A stretch of DNA of 62,214 nt, the filler included, from Sphacelaria rigidula (taxonomy: Eukaryota), in the NCBI GenBank assembly GCA_964200075.2. It is 7 parts of 7 records of this genome, joined end to end, with 100 filler letters (N's around TTAATTAATTAA, not from the genome) between each part and the next. Parts side by side here need not be neighbours in the genome. Positions count along the whole stretch, not along the records: positions 8,904 to 17,706 come from CAXNAA020010057.1; positions 17,807 to 26,609 come from CAXNAA020010058.1; 5 more parts are not named here. One strand, 5' to 3'. The notes under the pieces are model-generated. The model saw only the letters and a list, made by a program, of their open reading frames with translations, searched no databases and was not told the DNA's origin. A program made the translations under genes and the position numbers. Within the stretch, counting starts at the first letter, position 1. The number at the start of each line of letters is the position of its first letter. Below, one piece after another: positions 10,878-23,500 of the stretch.

Positions 10878-13075
10878 GATGCGCACGAGCAAGCGGCTGC
10901 CATCAAACACGCCTGCAATGTGCAACTCCACCAAGAGGCGTAGATTGGATCTCCTGATATTGCGAAAAATAAAAAGGGAGAAAAAAATAACGAATAAGAA
11001 ACAAAAACATGGAAGGTATGAGTGGTGGACAACATCAAAAGTACAACAAAACTAATACTGCTAACATCATCCATCATATTGTGCTAACACTGCTCCGGCT
11101 GAAAGCAGCGGCTGTCGTGTTAGCACAATATTATAGATGATGTTAGCACAATATTATGAAAGTGCTCCGGCTGCAAGCAGCGGCTGTCGTGACCCAGTTC
11201 GCACGGTCGGCGCGGCCCTGGACGACGAGGCACGGACCCAACACGCGGCGACGCTGGGAACCTGTGTTCAAGACGGAACTTTGGGTGCCAATTTCTGAAT
11301 GCGAACATGACAGTCTATCGCGTTTGGGCGTGCTACTAGTGTTGCTCTGCTTAGCTTCCATGTCCTCACAGCCGTAGGCCGCCAGCCGGAGAACACCCGG
11401 CGCACGCACGGCCCATAGGACATGAACGAGACAACCGCGTGCCTATAGGGCACTAAAGAAAAAGTAATCACATCAACTGGTGAACGTGCCGTAATACACG
11501 ACACGATTGTCTGAAGGCGTCTGGGTCTGTTTTGAAAAGTTCGAAACTTGAAAGCTGCAGTGTGTTTTCTACAGTCGGTACAGTACGACGATTGTACTGT
11601 ACAGGCTGTGCTCTGGTGTACAGTACAGTGGTTCATGAGATCACCATGTGGCTGTCCGAAGAAAAAGCGGTGAAACCGTTCCTGCGGAATCTTGAGATAG
11701 TTGAATACCATGCCCTTACACTATTTCACAGTAACCCTGCATATGTATTCCTCTACAGCTGCTGCTTCATCATCCCTGAAACTTTGCGCACAAGTTCCAT
11801 CATCACACAGGCAGGATATACACCGAGTGGCGGCGTGGTTGGGTCTCCTCTGCCTTCATGATGACAGTGATTCGTGACTTTTTGGCACAGAGTCGAAACG
11901 ACCTGAACGCGGCTATCCCACAGCCCAAACCTCGCACACCGTGAGTGAATGAGTATATCTACACGTTGGTGCAGTAGCTTTCACGTTGGGTGCCGTTGGA
12001 CACCTGCTACGCTGTCAAACGAAGTCCGGGTATCCTCTGGAAAATGACAGTCTGTGTCAATTCCGTGTCCGCATTATCTGTACAACCGCCCGTGTTTAAC
12101 AGATACTACCGCACCCACGCTGTCGGAGTCGCAATGCATTGAATTTTTGGTCGCATGTCATTTGAAGCAATATCGAGATACCCATGTGGCTCAATATGGA
12201 TTCGTGTGTTACGGGAGTTTGTAAGGAGGCGAGAAGAGGTTAGACTTTGAAAACAGAAAATTGTCCTTTCTTCTTATGGCAAATCACTGTGCTGGCACTA
12301 TTATAATACAAGTACTAACGATAACTATTATTAACAATAACAATAGCAATAACCATAACAATGAAGGGTGTACTCTCTAACCAAAAAAAATTGGAGTGTA
12401 AACAAGTGAACAATCAACAGTTCAACAGTTCACCATCCTATTATATTTCGGCATACACACACACACCTGCGCGTAGGCTAAAAAAAAGAAAAGAAAACAA
12501 GGCAAGGACCATTTAAGCGGAGAAACTATGGGGGGGGGGGGGGGGAAGCCCCACCACAATTAGGTCAAGAGAGCACGACCAGTATTGCTCATTCATGAAA
12601 AAAAACCCTCTGACCACAAAAGACAGTCAAGTTATGCTGACTTCGTGTGCATGCCAAAGCGACGAACATTCGCGCCTTATCCTCCTCAATGTCGAATCGG
12701 GACGTGTGTATGCTCCCGGATCATAAATGATCCCACAATCATCGAGACAGTGATAGTCAAAGAGTTGAAAACGAAAATCATCGTCACAGGCTTTCTATTC
12801 TTCTCACACGCGCAAGAGCACCATTACCAAACACAATACAAAACGCGCTCACTTTCGTTTGAGACTATCCCTCTCCTCCTTCTCCTCCTCCATCACCCCG
12901 AGCACGCCGCTGCTACCGCTTACACCACCCGCTCCCGGAGCGGTCGGCAGTAAAGGAGCCGCAAGCTTGGAAATGAGATCGTCTGCGAACTCGGCATATC
13001 TTGTAGTAGAAGTAGTAGTGTGCAAATGAGGGCGGGAGCGAGGAAAACATTCCGAAAATGGGGCAATGTGAAGAG

Positions 13076-13118
<43 letters not shown>

Positions 13119-14830
13119 AGCGCGCGTGTGTACTCATGTGTTGCTTGCCTTCGTCACTTGACCCTTGACCACGCATCCCTTTGGAGACCGCGCACCGTTC
13201 CCACTCCTTAGAGAGGCACGACCAACATTTGAGCATTCATTACGTTATTTTCTTATACATTACACAAAAAGTTCAATATATGTTTTCTCCCCTCCCCTCC
13301 GTGTTCCGCCATCTGTGACCACCGTCTATCCCCTAGTGCAGCGATTGTTTCCTCGCTACTATCTCAAGTACCACACGATTTCATGTCACATTCGTTTACT
13401 TCCCACATTTCCCCTCCAACACATCCCGTTCCTCCTCGTGCAAATGGGCAAGGGGGCGGGGGCGAACTGGCTAACAATGTCAGGCATCTGGGTCACTGAA
13501 AAAAACATTTTGATATCAATAGAGGGTGGGGCTGATTGACAACAACCGAATATTCTAGTTTAAAAAAAAAAGGGGGTATCATGAGAGGTTGGCGACAGTT
13601 TTCGTTCTAGTAATAGTAGAGAAAAAAAAAGTCGGAATGACGGTAAGGATGACAGCCACGGTGGTTCCTGCCGCAAAACATCAAAACACTCAAAATAGGG
13701 CAAAAAAACGGCAAGCCCGAGCGTGTACTGATGATTGCGGAACGGCAGTCCTATTTTTTCAGTACGCACAAGTCGTCCTGAAATAATTACACGCCCTGGA
13801 CAAGTAATTCTGTTTTCAAAAAGTGTACCACGTACAGTATGGAATATGTTGTCTGTTGCAATAGGCGCAATAGTCGATACTGTACGCAGCAGTACACTTT
13901 TTGACCGTGTATTCGTTTATCCAGGATATGAGTAATTACTCCTCGGGAAAAAATGTGTTGAACCGCACGTGTATCGCCGCCGCGTGGGAAAACAGGGAGA
14001 TGTTGGTGAGGGCCGTTCCTAACGAAGCGATCCCTCATCTTCCCTACTGACTATCTTGCATATGGATGACAGCCTCCAGTGAGTTGCTTCATTTTCTGGT
14101 ATCGCGACTTCCAGAGACAGACAGTCACGGCTTGTACACTGCCTCATGGATGTCTCACCATTTGAACACTACGTGGTACGATCACCCACCTTTGCGCGGA
14201 GTTGAGGTTTTCCCACGCCGCACAGTATGATCTAGCTCAACCACCATCGTGGTTACCGCAAAAAAAAACGCAAGCGCGCAAAAACAATCAGCAACCCGGT
14301 TGGCTAGCTTACGCCGTAAGTGGCGTATTTTTACAGCGTGGTTGCCAACCGATGCTAACCCAATAGGGGTCCCGTCCCTTCAAAGCCGGGACGTAGCACG
14401 CTGAGTTTTCGCCGGATCAGGCTAGGGGGGAGGGGGATACAAGGTAACCCAAACGTCCCGTATGGGATGGTGTTCTTCAACGGAATATGAGCAACCCTGG
14501 AGCGTTATGAACCGAGACAAACTAGAGCTCAATCAATGAAAACACCCCGTGGGAAAACACCAATACCTTCCCCGTCAGACACTCCCTGGTATCCAGACAT
14601 ATGAGCCTAGAGATGGTCGAAAAATGACAGACAATCGACAGATACGCGACACACATTCACACAAACCTCTGGTGCATGAGACTGCAAAGGTGAACGGCCA
14701 CGGGTACGTCGGCCGACTTGAGCTTGTTCTCCGCGACAGCGTCCACGATCTCGCTCACGTATCGGCTGAGGTTCAGGCCTTCCACGTCCTTCGTCAGAGA
14801 ATTACGCTGGTCCTCGGACAGGGCCTTCAC
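10878..14830 (-). CDS. UPF2: Regulator of nonsense transcripts 2 (UPF2), MIF4G-1 region, 3 internal exons
   Basis: Phase-compatible GT-AG exons 14830-14667 (VKALSEDQRNSLTKDVEGLNLSRYVSEIVDAVAENKLKSADVPVAVHLCSLMHQR), 12999-12853 (YAEFADDLISKL...ERDSLKRK) and 10953-10878 (RSNLRLLVELHIAGVFDGSRLLVRI). They match UPF2 motifs LNLSKY-E, HLCSL-HQRY and LR---EL---G. A possible next exon is 9136-9046. Confidence 0.92.
13130..13440 (-). mobile_element. LINE 3'-end fragment abutting a (GT)n/(CA)n microsatellite
   Basis: Reverse complement of the 1500-1830 LINE 3' region, ending GGCAAGCAACACATGAGTACACACGCG...(CA)n. Confidence 0.75.
14045..14310. repeat. Dispersed repeat, inverted copy at 37195-37450
   Basis: Shared GGATGACAGCCT...TTTTCTGGTATCGC.ACTTCCAGAGACAG...TATGATCTAGCTC.ACCACCATC...AACGCAAGCGCGCAAAAA on two different contigs. 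Confidence 0.75.
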
Positions 14831-15389
14831 CTGCAAAATGTTTACATTGCGCAAGTGCTTTTTTGTTGTACTCTTGAAGAAAACAAAAAAAGTGCATATT
14901 TTTTTCTAAAAATAAGTACAGTGTTTACTTATTCATCCTCAACTTGTCGTCAGGCCGCATCTTGTGATGCGAAAAAACAAAACAATCCAGGGAATTCGGG
15001 CATTGACCCTGTCCCGACAACTCTTCCAGACGAAAACAGCTACCGAGTTCGTTTCTCTTGGGAATCTGGGAAAATTTTGGCATACTTCACACCAAGACAA
15101 ACGCCCCCACCTGCGTGATAAGTGTCATCATTCATACTGGTGCACGAAACAGCGATCGCCGTACCGTCTGGTGTTTACAGCCATATACTGCACGGTGCTC
15201 CGTCCGTGCCACTGTAATGCACGTACCGGACACTACATTCCCGCTGCCGCTATCCTGTGTGAATGCGTACATGTAGTGTACAGCTTCGTGCTGCCGTAGT
15301 ATATATTTTATGTACTGTTGCACAGCGGTACTGGCTGCATGGTGCAATTGCTGCACCGTGTACTCACTGTGTGTGTCGTCTGCACTGTA

Positions 15390-15993
15390 CGAGCTGGGCC
15401 AGCCAAGATTAGGTGTGAATCTCGCTCAGGCGACGCACGGCGCGATATCAGGAGTTGGACGCTGAAATTTCGACAGCAGCTATTTATGATTGAAATGCAG
15501 AAGATCATGGGACCAGCAAAGGAAAAAAAAATCGAAAAAGTTCTGGGCATTTGAAATCTCAGCGAAATTAAGATAACGTCATAAGTCCAGGAAAGAAAAA
15601 GATAATCTGCAGCTGGTCACATGGAGTATCAGTTCCTCGGGTGCAGAGGGTCTACCTGAAATTTCAGCTCAAGAGTCGTCAAATTGGGCCGTGCGTTTAA
15701 CTTTTGCCGTGACGCTGCTGCACTCCTATAAATCAAGTGATGGAAGACTCCAATTATGGAGGTCATGAGTTCGAATCCCGACGTATATATATATTTTCTT
15801 TTTTTCGTCCGTCGTTAAGGTCATACATTATGCAGTACATTTCCCCCCCTTTTTTTCTTCTCTCAGCGGCGGTACCGTGTGTTATCAGGTTGGTCTACAC
15901 TTCACAGCGATATGCCTACATCGGGTTTATTCGGGAAACTGGGCAAGCTGTGGTGCGAGTAAATTGTAGCCTCTTTTAAGCTGGCCCAGCTCG
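15390..15993. mobile_element. Tc1/mariner-type MITE, 604 bp, TA target duplication
   Basis: TA-CGAGCTGGGCCAGC...GCTGGCCCAGCTCG-TA: a 14-bp perfect TIR flanked by TA at 15388-15389 and 15994-15995. It lies 5' of the first UPF2 exon seen, probably in an intron. Confidence 0.88.
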
Positions 15994-18117
15994 TACTGTG
16001 CTGTGTGCCGCTGTACTTCTTCGTGTACGCATCGTCTCACGTACTTGACACGAGGCGTTTTCTTCAAGACCCGCTTCTCATGAACTTGCATTTCCCCAAA
16101 AAAAACAATGTGATTTTTCTCGACGAAGTTAGCAGAGCGGGCACCTTTGGGAAACAAGAAAAAAAAAAAAACTCTGAATCTCTTCTCGAAGAATCTCCCT
16201 CCTAGAAAAAAATAAGCCTATGACGAAACGGTTTCACCAAACATTATCCGGAAAAGAACTCATGAAAAAAAAATTACAGAAAAAATGTTTTTGCACCATT
16301 ACGGATAACAAAAGCCGAAAACAAACAAATATTTTACGGTGGTGGTTTGTCCCAGTATGGACATCGGGATTCGGATCTTCATTTGGGGGTTGACCCCCGA
16401 GTGCTCCAAAGCGTCATGAATCACGCATTTTCCCCCTGGAAATGTCATCACTAGGCGCCGATTGGAGCTCCACTCAAAGAACATTTTCGGCTAGAGGGTA
16501 CTTCAGCTGGGCAACCCTTGTCCTGCAGGATTAGGACGACATTTTATTGAACAATCCGTTCGAGAGTGCGTCAATCCCCCCGCCCCCCGCCCAGTCACGT
16601 TCGCGCTTGGTGATTGCAAGCCTGGTCCGGCGAAAAGCTGGCGTGCCCCGCCCCGACGTTGTAGGGATGCGACGTTAATGATCTTATGACTATGATATCC
16701 AACATCATGGGTACACCCCCTCCTCACATTCACGAGTGTTTTTGGTGGTAGAATGGGTAATTCAGCAGCACCTCAATGCTGCGATGCTTTGAAGTACGCA
16801 AAATATGTTCGGTGTTGACAAGACGGAAGATATTGCTGAGAATATATGCGGAAGGAAGATGGAGGTTTGACTCCTCCACGGACACTCACGGGAATTTTCT
16901 ACTATTATATTTATAATGTGATGGTGATTCACAAATAGGAGAAATGCTGAAGGAGAGCAAAAAAATACCGACAAAGATAATACGAAGAGTAAAAAAATAA
17001 TGAAGTAATAGAACCCTGCAGTCGTGAGACGAGAAAACAGTCCGTCGAAAGTTTACCGCCATTAAATGCTGGGCCGACGTTTGAAAAAAAAAAATGCTTA
17101 TCGTGTGCCACGAGCCGGACCAACGAAAATCGTTTGGGACAGTTGCTTCACCTCGGGTTCCGCAAAAAATAAAAGGCGCGCGGGGGGGGGGGGGGGGGGG
17201 GGGGAAAAAAAAAAATAAAAAAAAAAAAAAAAAAAAAAAAACCCCCGAACACAANNNNNNNNNNGTGAAGGAGCAGGAAGGGGAGGAAAAGGGGGGAGGA
17301 GAGGGGGACAGTACGTGGAAGGTAGCGTAGAAATCTCATGTAAAAAAAAATATATATAACCAACAACAAAACACACACGCGTACGCGTACATAATTTATT
17401 TTATTGATTGATCGACTGATTATGACACATTAGCTGCCCCGCCTGAGACCCAATCGTGGTGGTCACGAGGTGGACGTATAGCAGTACTTCATGGTACACA
17501 TAACATGAGAATATATGACACTAATGGTAATAAATAATAACACACAGGCATACGCAGGCGCACAAGAAAAACGGCAGAGGCGAAGAGTCATGCTACTATC
17601 GTGTATGTGTGTGTGTGGGGGGGGGGGGGGGGGGGATCAAATGAAAAAAAAAAAGGAGGGGGGGGGGGAGGGGGCGGGGGGGGGGAAGGGGGGGGGTGCG
17701 GGGGGGNNNNNNNNNNNNNNNNNNNNNNNNNNNNNNNNNNNNNNNNNNNNTTAATTAATTAANNNNNNNNNNNNNNNNNNNNNNNNNNNNNNNNNNNNNN
17801 NNNNNNCAACTCGTCTGTGTCGATGAGATATTGCTTTTGGAGCTTAAATCCGTTTTTAGGCTGGCCCAGCTCGTACGCAGATCGAGGGACCTCAAATCCG
17901 GGAACGCATTGTATGGACCCCAATTTGGCCCAAATCGGGGAAGCTCAGATTCGTTTGTTACGATTTGAGAACGGCTTTACACGAATCTGAGCAGCTCAGA
18001 TCCGTGGAAAATCGAGGTCCCCCGAATCTGTAGCAACTGACGTACGTATATTGACGTACAGTGATGGGGCAACAGGTGTTTGGTATTTTTGCAACAACAG
18101 CAGCAGAGAGTCTCGTG

Positions 18118-18370
18118 AGAAAAATGCAACGATAGGGGTTGCACTTTCTGTTTCTGGATCTCGTTTTTGTAGGAGCCCAAATATATGGGGCTTACTGTGC
18201 AACCCCAATCTCCCGGGACAGGACATGGACATGCACACAGGGGCCTTTTCGTGAATCGGCATCATTTTCAGTCTTTTTGGAGTGAAAATGATGCCGATTC
18301 TCAACTGATCCGTGCAACACCCCGAAAACATTTTCGCTCAAAAAGTGCAACCGTACCGGAGCATCACTCG
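18118..18370. mobile_element. About 250-bp MITE (GAGTGATGCT terminus), inverted second copy at 20307-20557
   Basis: Two high-identity copies in opposite orientation about 1.9 kb apart. Each has imperfect TIRs containing GGTTGCACTTT. The same terminus occurs at 61912. Confidence 0.8.
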
Positions 18371-18941
18371 TGACAGCACAGACTGTGCCGGCGAGCGCCG
18401 GCTGCTGGAGCAGCTCCGCACGGGGTTTGACAAGCGGATAAGAGGTGTTGACGCCGTACCCTGCGGTGATATCAAAATTTTGTGCTGCACTGTGCTGCTG
18501 TATGTATCATCATAACGAACGGTACTGTTGTACTATCCTACACTCCGCTGTCGCCGTTGTTTCAGGGTGATGAATGACACTGCACTCGTGAACTATTGCC
18601 ACACACTGTGCACTGTTCTCGCAATACCGACTGCACCATCATGTATTATCACACGGCATTATCGTTTACTGTGATTGTGGAGTGTACTGCACTGCATCAT
18701 ACCCTAGGGTACCGCGGTACGACGCTGCTCTTGAAGGATGATTCCCTGCTATTCTTCGGCTTCACTGTGTACAGAACAATTTCAACGAATCTGTGAACCC
18801 ATACAGGGGTAAACACGAATCTGAGTTACACGAATCTGGGTCCCCCCGATTTGGCACAGATTCGGGTCCCGCCAGATTCGGGATTCGCTGCCATACAAAG
18901 TGGTCTTACACCCTCCAAAAAAGACCCTCCCCACGCCGTAC

Positions 18942-20959
18942 CGACAAGGCTGGTAATGGCCTTGGTTGGAGGACGGGGAATGTAATATACCGCCGTTTGC
19001 ATCCTGCTAGCAGGGAATCTAGATTCTGGTGAAACATGGAATCTTGATCTTCATCCGAGTCCCACACGGTGAAATAATTTTCCCCTTTCCTGAACTGAAG
19101 AGTAACCCCGCACATGCACATGCACATGGTTGGAGCCGGCTGGCCTGATCGATATGCATCCAGAGGGGGTGTGGCACAAACAAGAGGGATGACCTCGCAG
19201 CGGTGTGATGGATATTAATATCACACACACGGCAGGCAGTATTGCTTCGTTTGTGGGTTGTCACCGCTCCTAACACACCAACCCCCTGTCCTGTTGAGTT
19301 TATTCAATGTACAGTAAACCCCCGCTCTGCACTAGTCCCTGTGCGGGGTTGGCTCTTACACAGTGAAGTTTGGGGAAATGTTTACTCGAAGAATGAACTG
19401 CACGCAGCCGACTAGTCGGAGGGATAACTAACCTTTTTGGAAGTGTAGTGTGTGGTGTGCCCACTGCATACAGTTTCGAAAAGGTCTGAAAAGCTCAACC
19501 TACATCCGCCACGGGCGCCACAGAAACATGTGACTAGAGTCGCTTTCATATTAATCTAAACGACCGGGCCCGAACAAATCCGTGCATATACCCCGAGCGA
19601 ACGAAGTATCTCCCATAGCGTCAGCTCTTGCTCATCTGGGTGCTGTGGTGTTTGCAAATGGAAGAGGGGCCGCTGCATGCGTGCCCCAAAATACGTCAAC
19701 GATCGGAGAAGCCGTAGACCGTTTGTGCGTGTGTTAACCCCTTGACCGCGAACAAGGTAGGTCACCTACTGAATCGGTATCAATATTTACTTGAAAAAAG
19801 TATGCATAATCCAGATGGACTATCTGCACCGCGATCTGAGGGTCAAGTGTTAATTATCCCGCTCTCGTCTGACACGAAATTTACCGCTTTTTATCCAATC
19901 GTGAATAAATTTGCTCTGAACCAAGGATCCAGCACGCAGTTTTGCCAACAGCTACACCTTGGGCTATGCGTTGTTCTAAGGCAGTGGGATCAGAAGTTGA
20001 CCTAGGCAGGTACCTCTGATCCGGGCTTGTGTTGACGGGCGTGTATCACAGCAACTACCGCTGCGCTGCTGTTTCGTGTTCCGCTTCAAGCAAAATGTGT
20101 TGGCGAAGAGCCCTAAACATGAGTCAATGATGGATCCCTGCGAAAGAACCTCACGAGCATCCGAAAAGAGAGGGGGGAAAAAAAACGCGTTCCGAAGAAA
20201 CCCCCACCGCTTTTTCTCCGTGATGGAGGGGTCATGTCGTCAGTTGAAGATGGTTATGTAGGAAGCTTCTTTTTTTAATTTTCGTCTTTTCTTGATATCG
20301 ACACTTGAGTGATGCTACGGTACGGTTGCACTTTTTGAGCGAAAATGTTTCTCGGGGTGTTGCACGGATCAGTTGAGAATCGTCACCATTTTCACTTGAA
20401 AAAGACTGAAAATGATGCCAATTCACGAAAAGGCCCCTGTGTGCATGTCCATGTCCTGCTGTCCCGGGAGATTTGGGTTGCACAGTAAGCCCCATATACT
20501 TGTGCTCCTACAAAAACGAGACCCAAAAACAGAAAGTGCAACCCCTATCGTAGCATTGGTTTTTTGTACGTCATGGGCTTGGGTCTACTAAAAATGTAGG
20601 CACTTGTGTCTACAACCAGGAAAATTCCGTCGTTTGCGGGAACTTCCGTCATTTGTGACTGACTCATCACGCACCAACGGCGAAAAACACTTGGAGATGT
20701 ATCATCCCCAAGACTGCGTCCATTTCCAGCGTTCGCAGCCCCCCTCATGTAACAGAAACTACCGCACCTTGGGGAATCTTCTGTGCGTCTCTGCGCACCA
20801 TCCGGCTCAAGGACAATCCTTGCATCACTCATCAAGAGGGAAAAGACGCCCCGCGTTGGAGTATCTTGAGTGGCAGGACTGCTGTACGAGAGCAACCTTG
20901 CATGTGCAGGAGAAAAACCGAAGACACGTCGGCAACATACGTGCCCGTACCATTGCACC
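18942..20959 (-). CDS. Candidate exons of an unidentified gene
   Basis: Open, AG/GT-bounded segments at 20959-20768 (VQWYGHVCCRRVFGFS...EDSPR), about 20002-19885 (STSDPTALEQRIAQG...LDKKR), about 19765-19592 (VTYLVRGQG...EILRSLG) and about 19089-18942 (KGENYFTVWDSDEDQDSMF...). Phases are only partly consistent and no family is recognised. Confidence 0.3.
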
Positions 20960-22062
20960 CTGCAGACGACTTGGTTGTTGTGAAGGGAAGACCCGAGATT
21001 GCTCCATATAAATTTTGTGGCTGGTGGTGGTAGTAGTTAGTGTCAAAGTACATACTATGGAAAACGGAGGGAAGCACCGCCGATACATCAAGGTGTTCAC
21101 GCCGAGCAGGAAAAAGAAGAGCAATTGCCCCGGCGGCCAACAAGTCGCTTCAAATGCAGCGGCAGCAGCAGGTGAAGAATGGAAGAAGAGGTGTAGCACG
21201 ATTGTTTCAACTAGATGTAGGTACGACGAGGTAACAATGTAGGCTGAAACAGCACCGGACCAATATATTTTTGAAAGTAGTTCATTTACTATACTCTTGT
21301 ACTACAAAGCACGTCCACACAAATGCAGTACATGAATGAACAGCGGGAAATAACGGGACCGTACTCATTCACCTACATTTACATTTCCTCCCCCACCGCC
21401 ATGGGGAGCCACCTGAATCAATCAAGCACACCGATATCCACAGGTGCAGCAGCTGACTCTGAGAAGTAGACGTGTCTCGAACTCGAGATCCCCCATATAC
21501 TTTCACAAAAAATTGCAATAAAAAATATCGAGAACCTCGAGTTCGAGATACATCTACGGTAAAGTAGTACACACACTTACGTTATCATGCAAGCTAGGGC
21601 ACCCTTCGGAGTTATCGCGTCAAGGTTATTGCACCAGGATGCGATAGGAAGGCAAGACGAAGACGAAATGATTTTATTCAATTTCCGCATGGGCGTCGGA
21701 GTCAACGCTCCGGGTTCCGCTTAGTTCGGGAAATTCCACTCCGGGCGTGAAGTTGCCGGTTACTGCGAGTGGCTCCAGGAACACTTATTATTGAGCTGCA
21801 CTGGTTGGTCAAAGTGCTATGATATCGCGCTCATCTATCGTCGGGGTCAGCTGGTCTGGATTTGGTAAATAGCTGCGTGCTTTGCGCGCTAGGACTCTCT
21901 CACGAGGATCCAGGATACAGGAATATTGCAGCACGGAGTTGTGCAGCCGCTTTCGTTTTCATCATACCATGTAGCGCATCATCCCGGTCCACTGGCTCGC
22001 ATGATTACCCAAGATATAGACCACATATCTTGCGAATGAAAGCACAACCCAAGAGCTAAGGT

Positions 22063-22232
22063 TAGCACCTTTATTTTTCGATCGAAAATGTGCGGTGGAA
22101 AAGGAAAACTCCGATCTGATAGGTCGTAATTTCAACCATCGTCGTTTATTTTGAAGATGGTTGAAATCACAACCTATCGGATCGGGATTTTTGTTTTCCA
22201 CCGCACTTTTTCGATCGAAAACTGATGTGCCA
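22063..22232. mobile_element. 170-bp palindromic MITE/hairpin
   Basis: TTTTCGATCGAAAATGTGCGGTGGAAAA...TTTCAACCATC mirrors GATGGTTGAAA...TTTTCCACCGCACTTTTTCGATCGAAAA. Confidence 0.8.
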
Positions 22233-23500
22233 AGACACGGCCTAATACAGGCTGGTTCACGGCTTTGGTCCAGATATCGCTGGTCAACAAATGCCTGTCG
22301 CAGTGCCTATCCAATAATCGCATACTTGGCATCATACTGACCGCCATGGACAACTACAGACGGTGACCGCCGGATTTTTGTTCAAGGCCATAGCGAAGGC
22401 GCTAACGGTGAAAAGGTGTCTCGACCAATCAGCAACCTTCAACTTGTTCTGAAGTAAAAAACACGAATTCCCAACCCAATCCCTAACCGGTCTCTACATG
22501 CTTCAAATCGTAGTGATGCCCTCAACTTGGGAATTTGACGGAAAAAAAATAACATATTTCGAAACGGTTACTATGATGATTTTGATTCGATCTTGATTGT
22601 CCCACGTTGACTGATCCCTCACGGATCCAGCCGTGGTCAGACGATAGACGTGCAGTACCCGAGATAAAAACAGAATTGGAAACACTCGCTCAAGAAAAGT
22701 GAAGGAAAAAAAATATATATATATCTATCTATATATATAGGACATACAAAAAGAGTAATCCAAGAAAATATAAAGTAAAGACAAAAAAGAAAACGACAAA
22801 ACAAAAAGGAGACAATATAATAAAAAAAACTAGGAATGGCCGGCCTCTGCTACATGGCTTCGGTGGCGAAGGCCTCGCGCGGGTCACTCATACCCAATCG
22901 TCAAAGACACAAGACCACCGGAACAAATTGCAGCTCATCTATTTCGACCGCATTACTCCGAGTATGAAGCTCTCACTCATGAACCCTACGGAAGTGAGGC
23001 GTCAAACTGCTACTTGCATATACGGCGAGAAAATAGCACACACAGACATGAAGAGATGGAGGAAGAGAAAGAGAGGGCAAAGGAGACTGCAGAAGTGATG
23101 AAACCCAAAGAACACAGTACTACAGCTGTATGGGATCGAATCATACCCGAAACCGTGGCATTCTGATGGTGCACGATTCTTGCCTCGTCGGATTTTCACT
23201 GATGACAGGCACCATTGGCACCAAGGACCCGGAGAGCATTCTGAGGGTTTTCCATATATAAGTCGTAAAAACACTCCGAGGCCCTCAAACTTGGCCGTTC
23301 GGTAGATGCTGGTGCTTCAAATGGAGAAAAATTGAACTGCTGAAGAGTGTTTGAAATATTCTCCGCTCTTTACCGGGTTCCGGGGGTTCCGATCCCCGAA
23401 ACCCGGTGCAGAGTGCCCCAAAATAGAAAATTTTAATAAAAGTGATGATGCGTCCCGGGGTGGTCTGATGAAACAGTTGAAATAACTCGAAAACCTCATT

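Noticed and set aside
21466..21557. 90-bp inverted repeat
   Set aside because: Real but most likely an ordinary tiny MITE, with nothing further to support.
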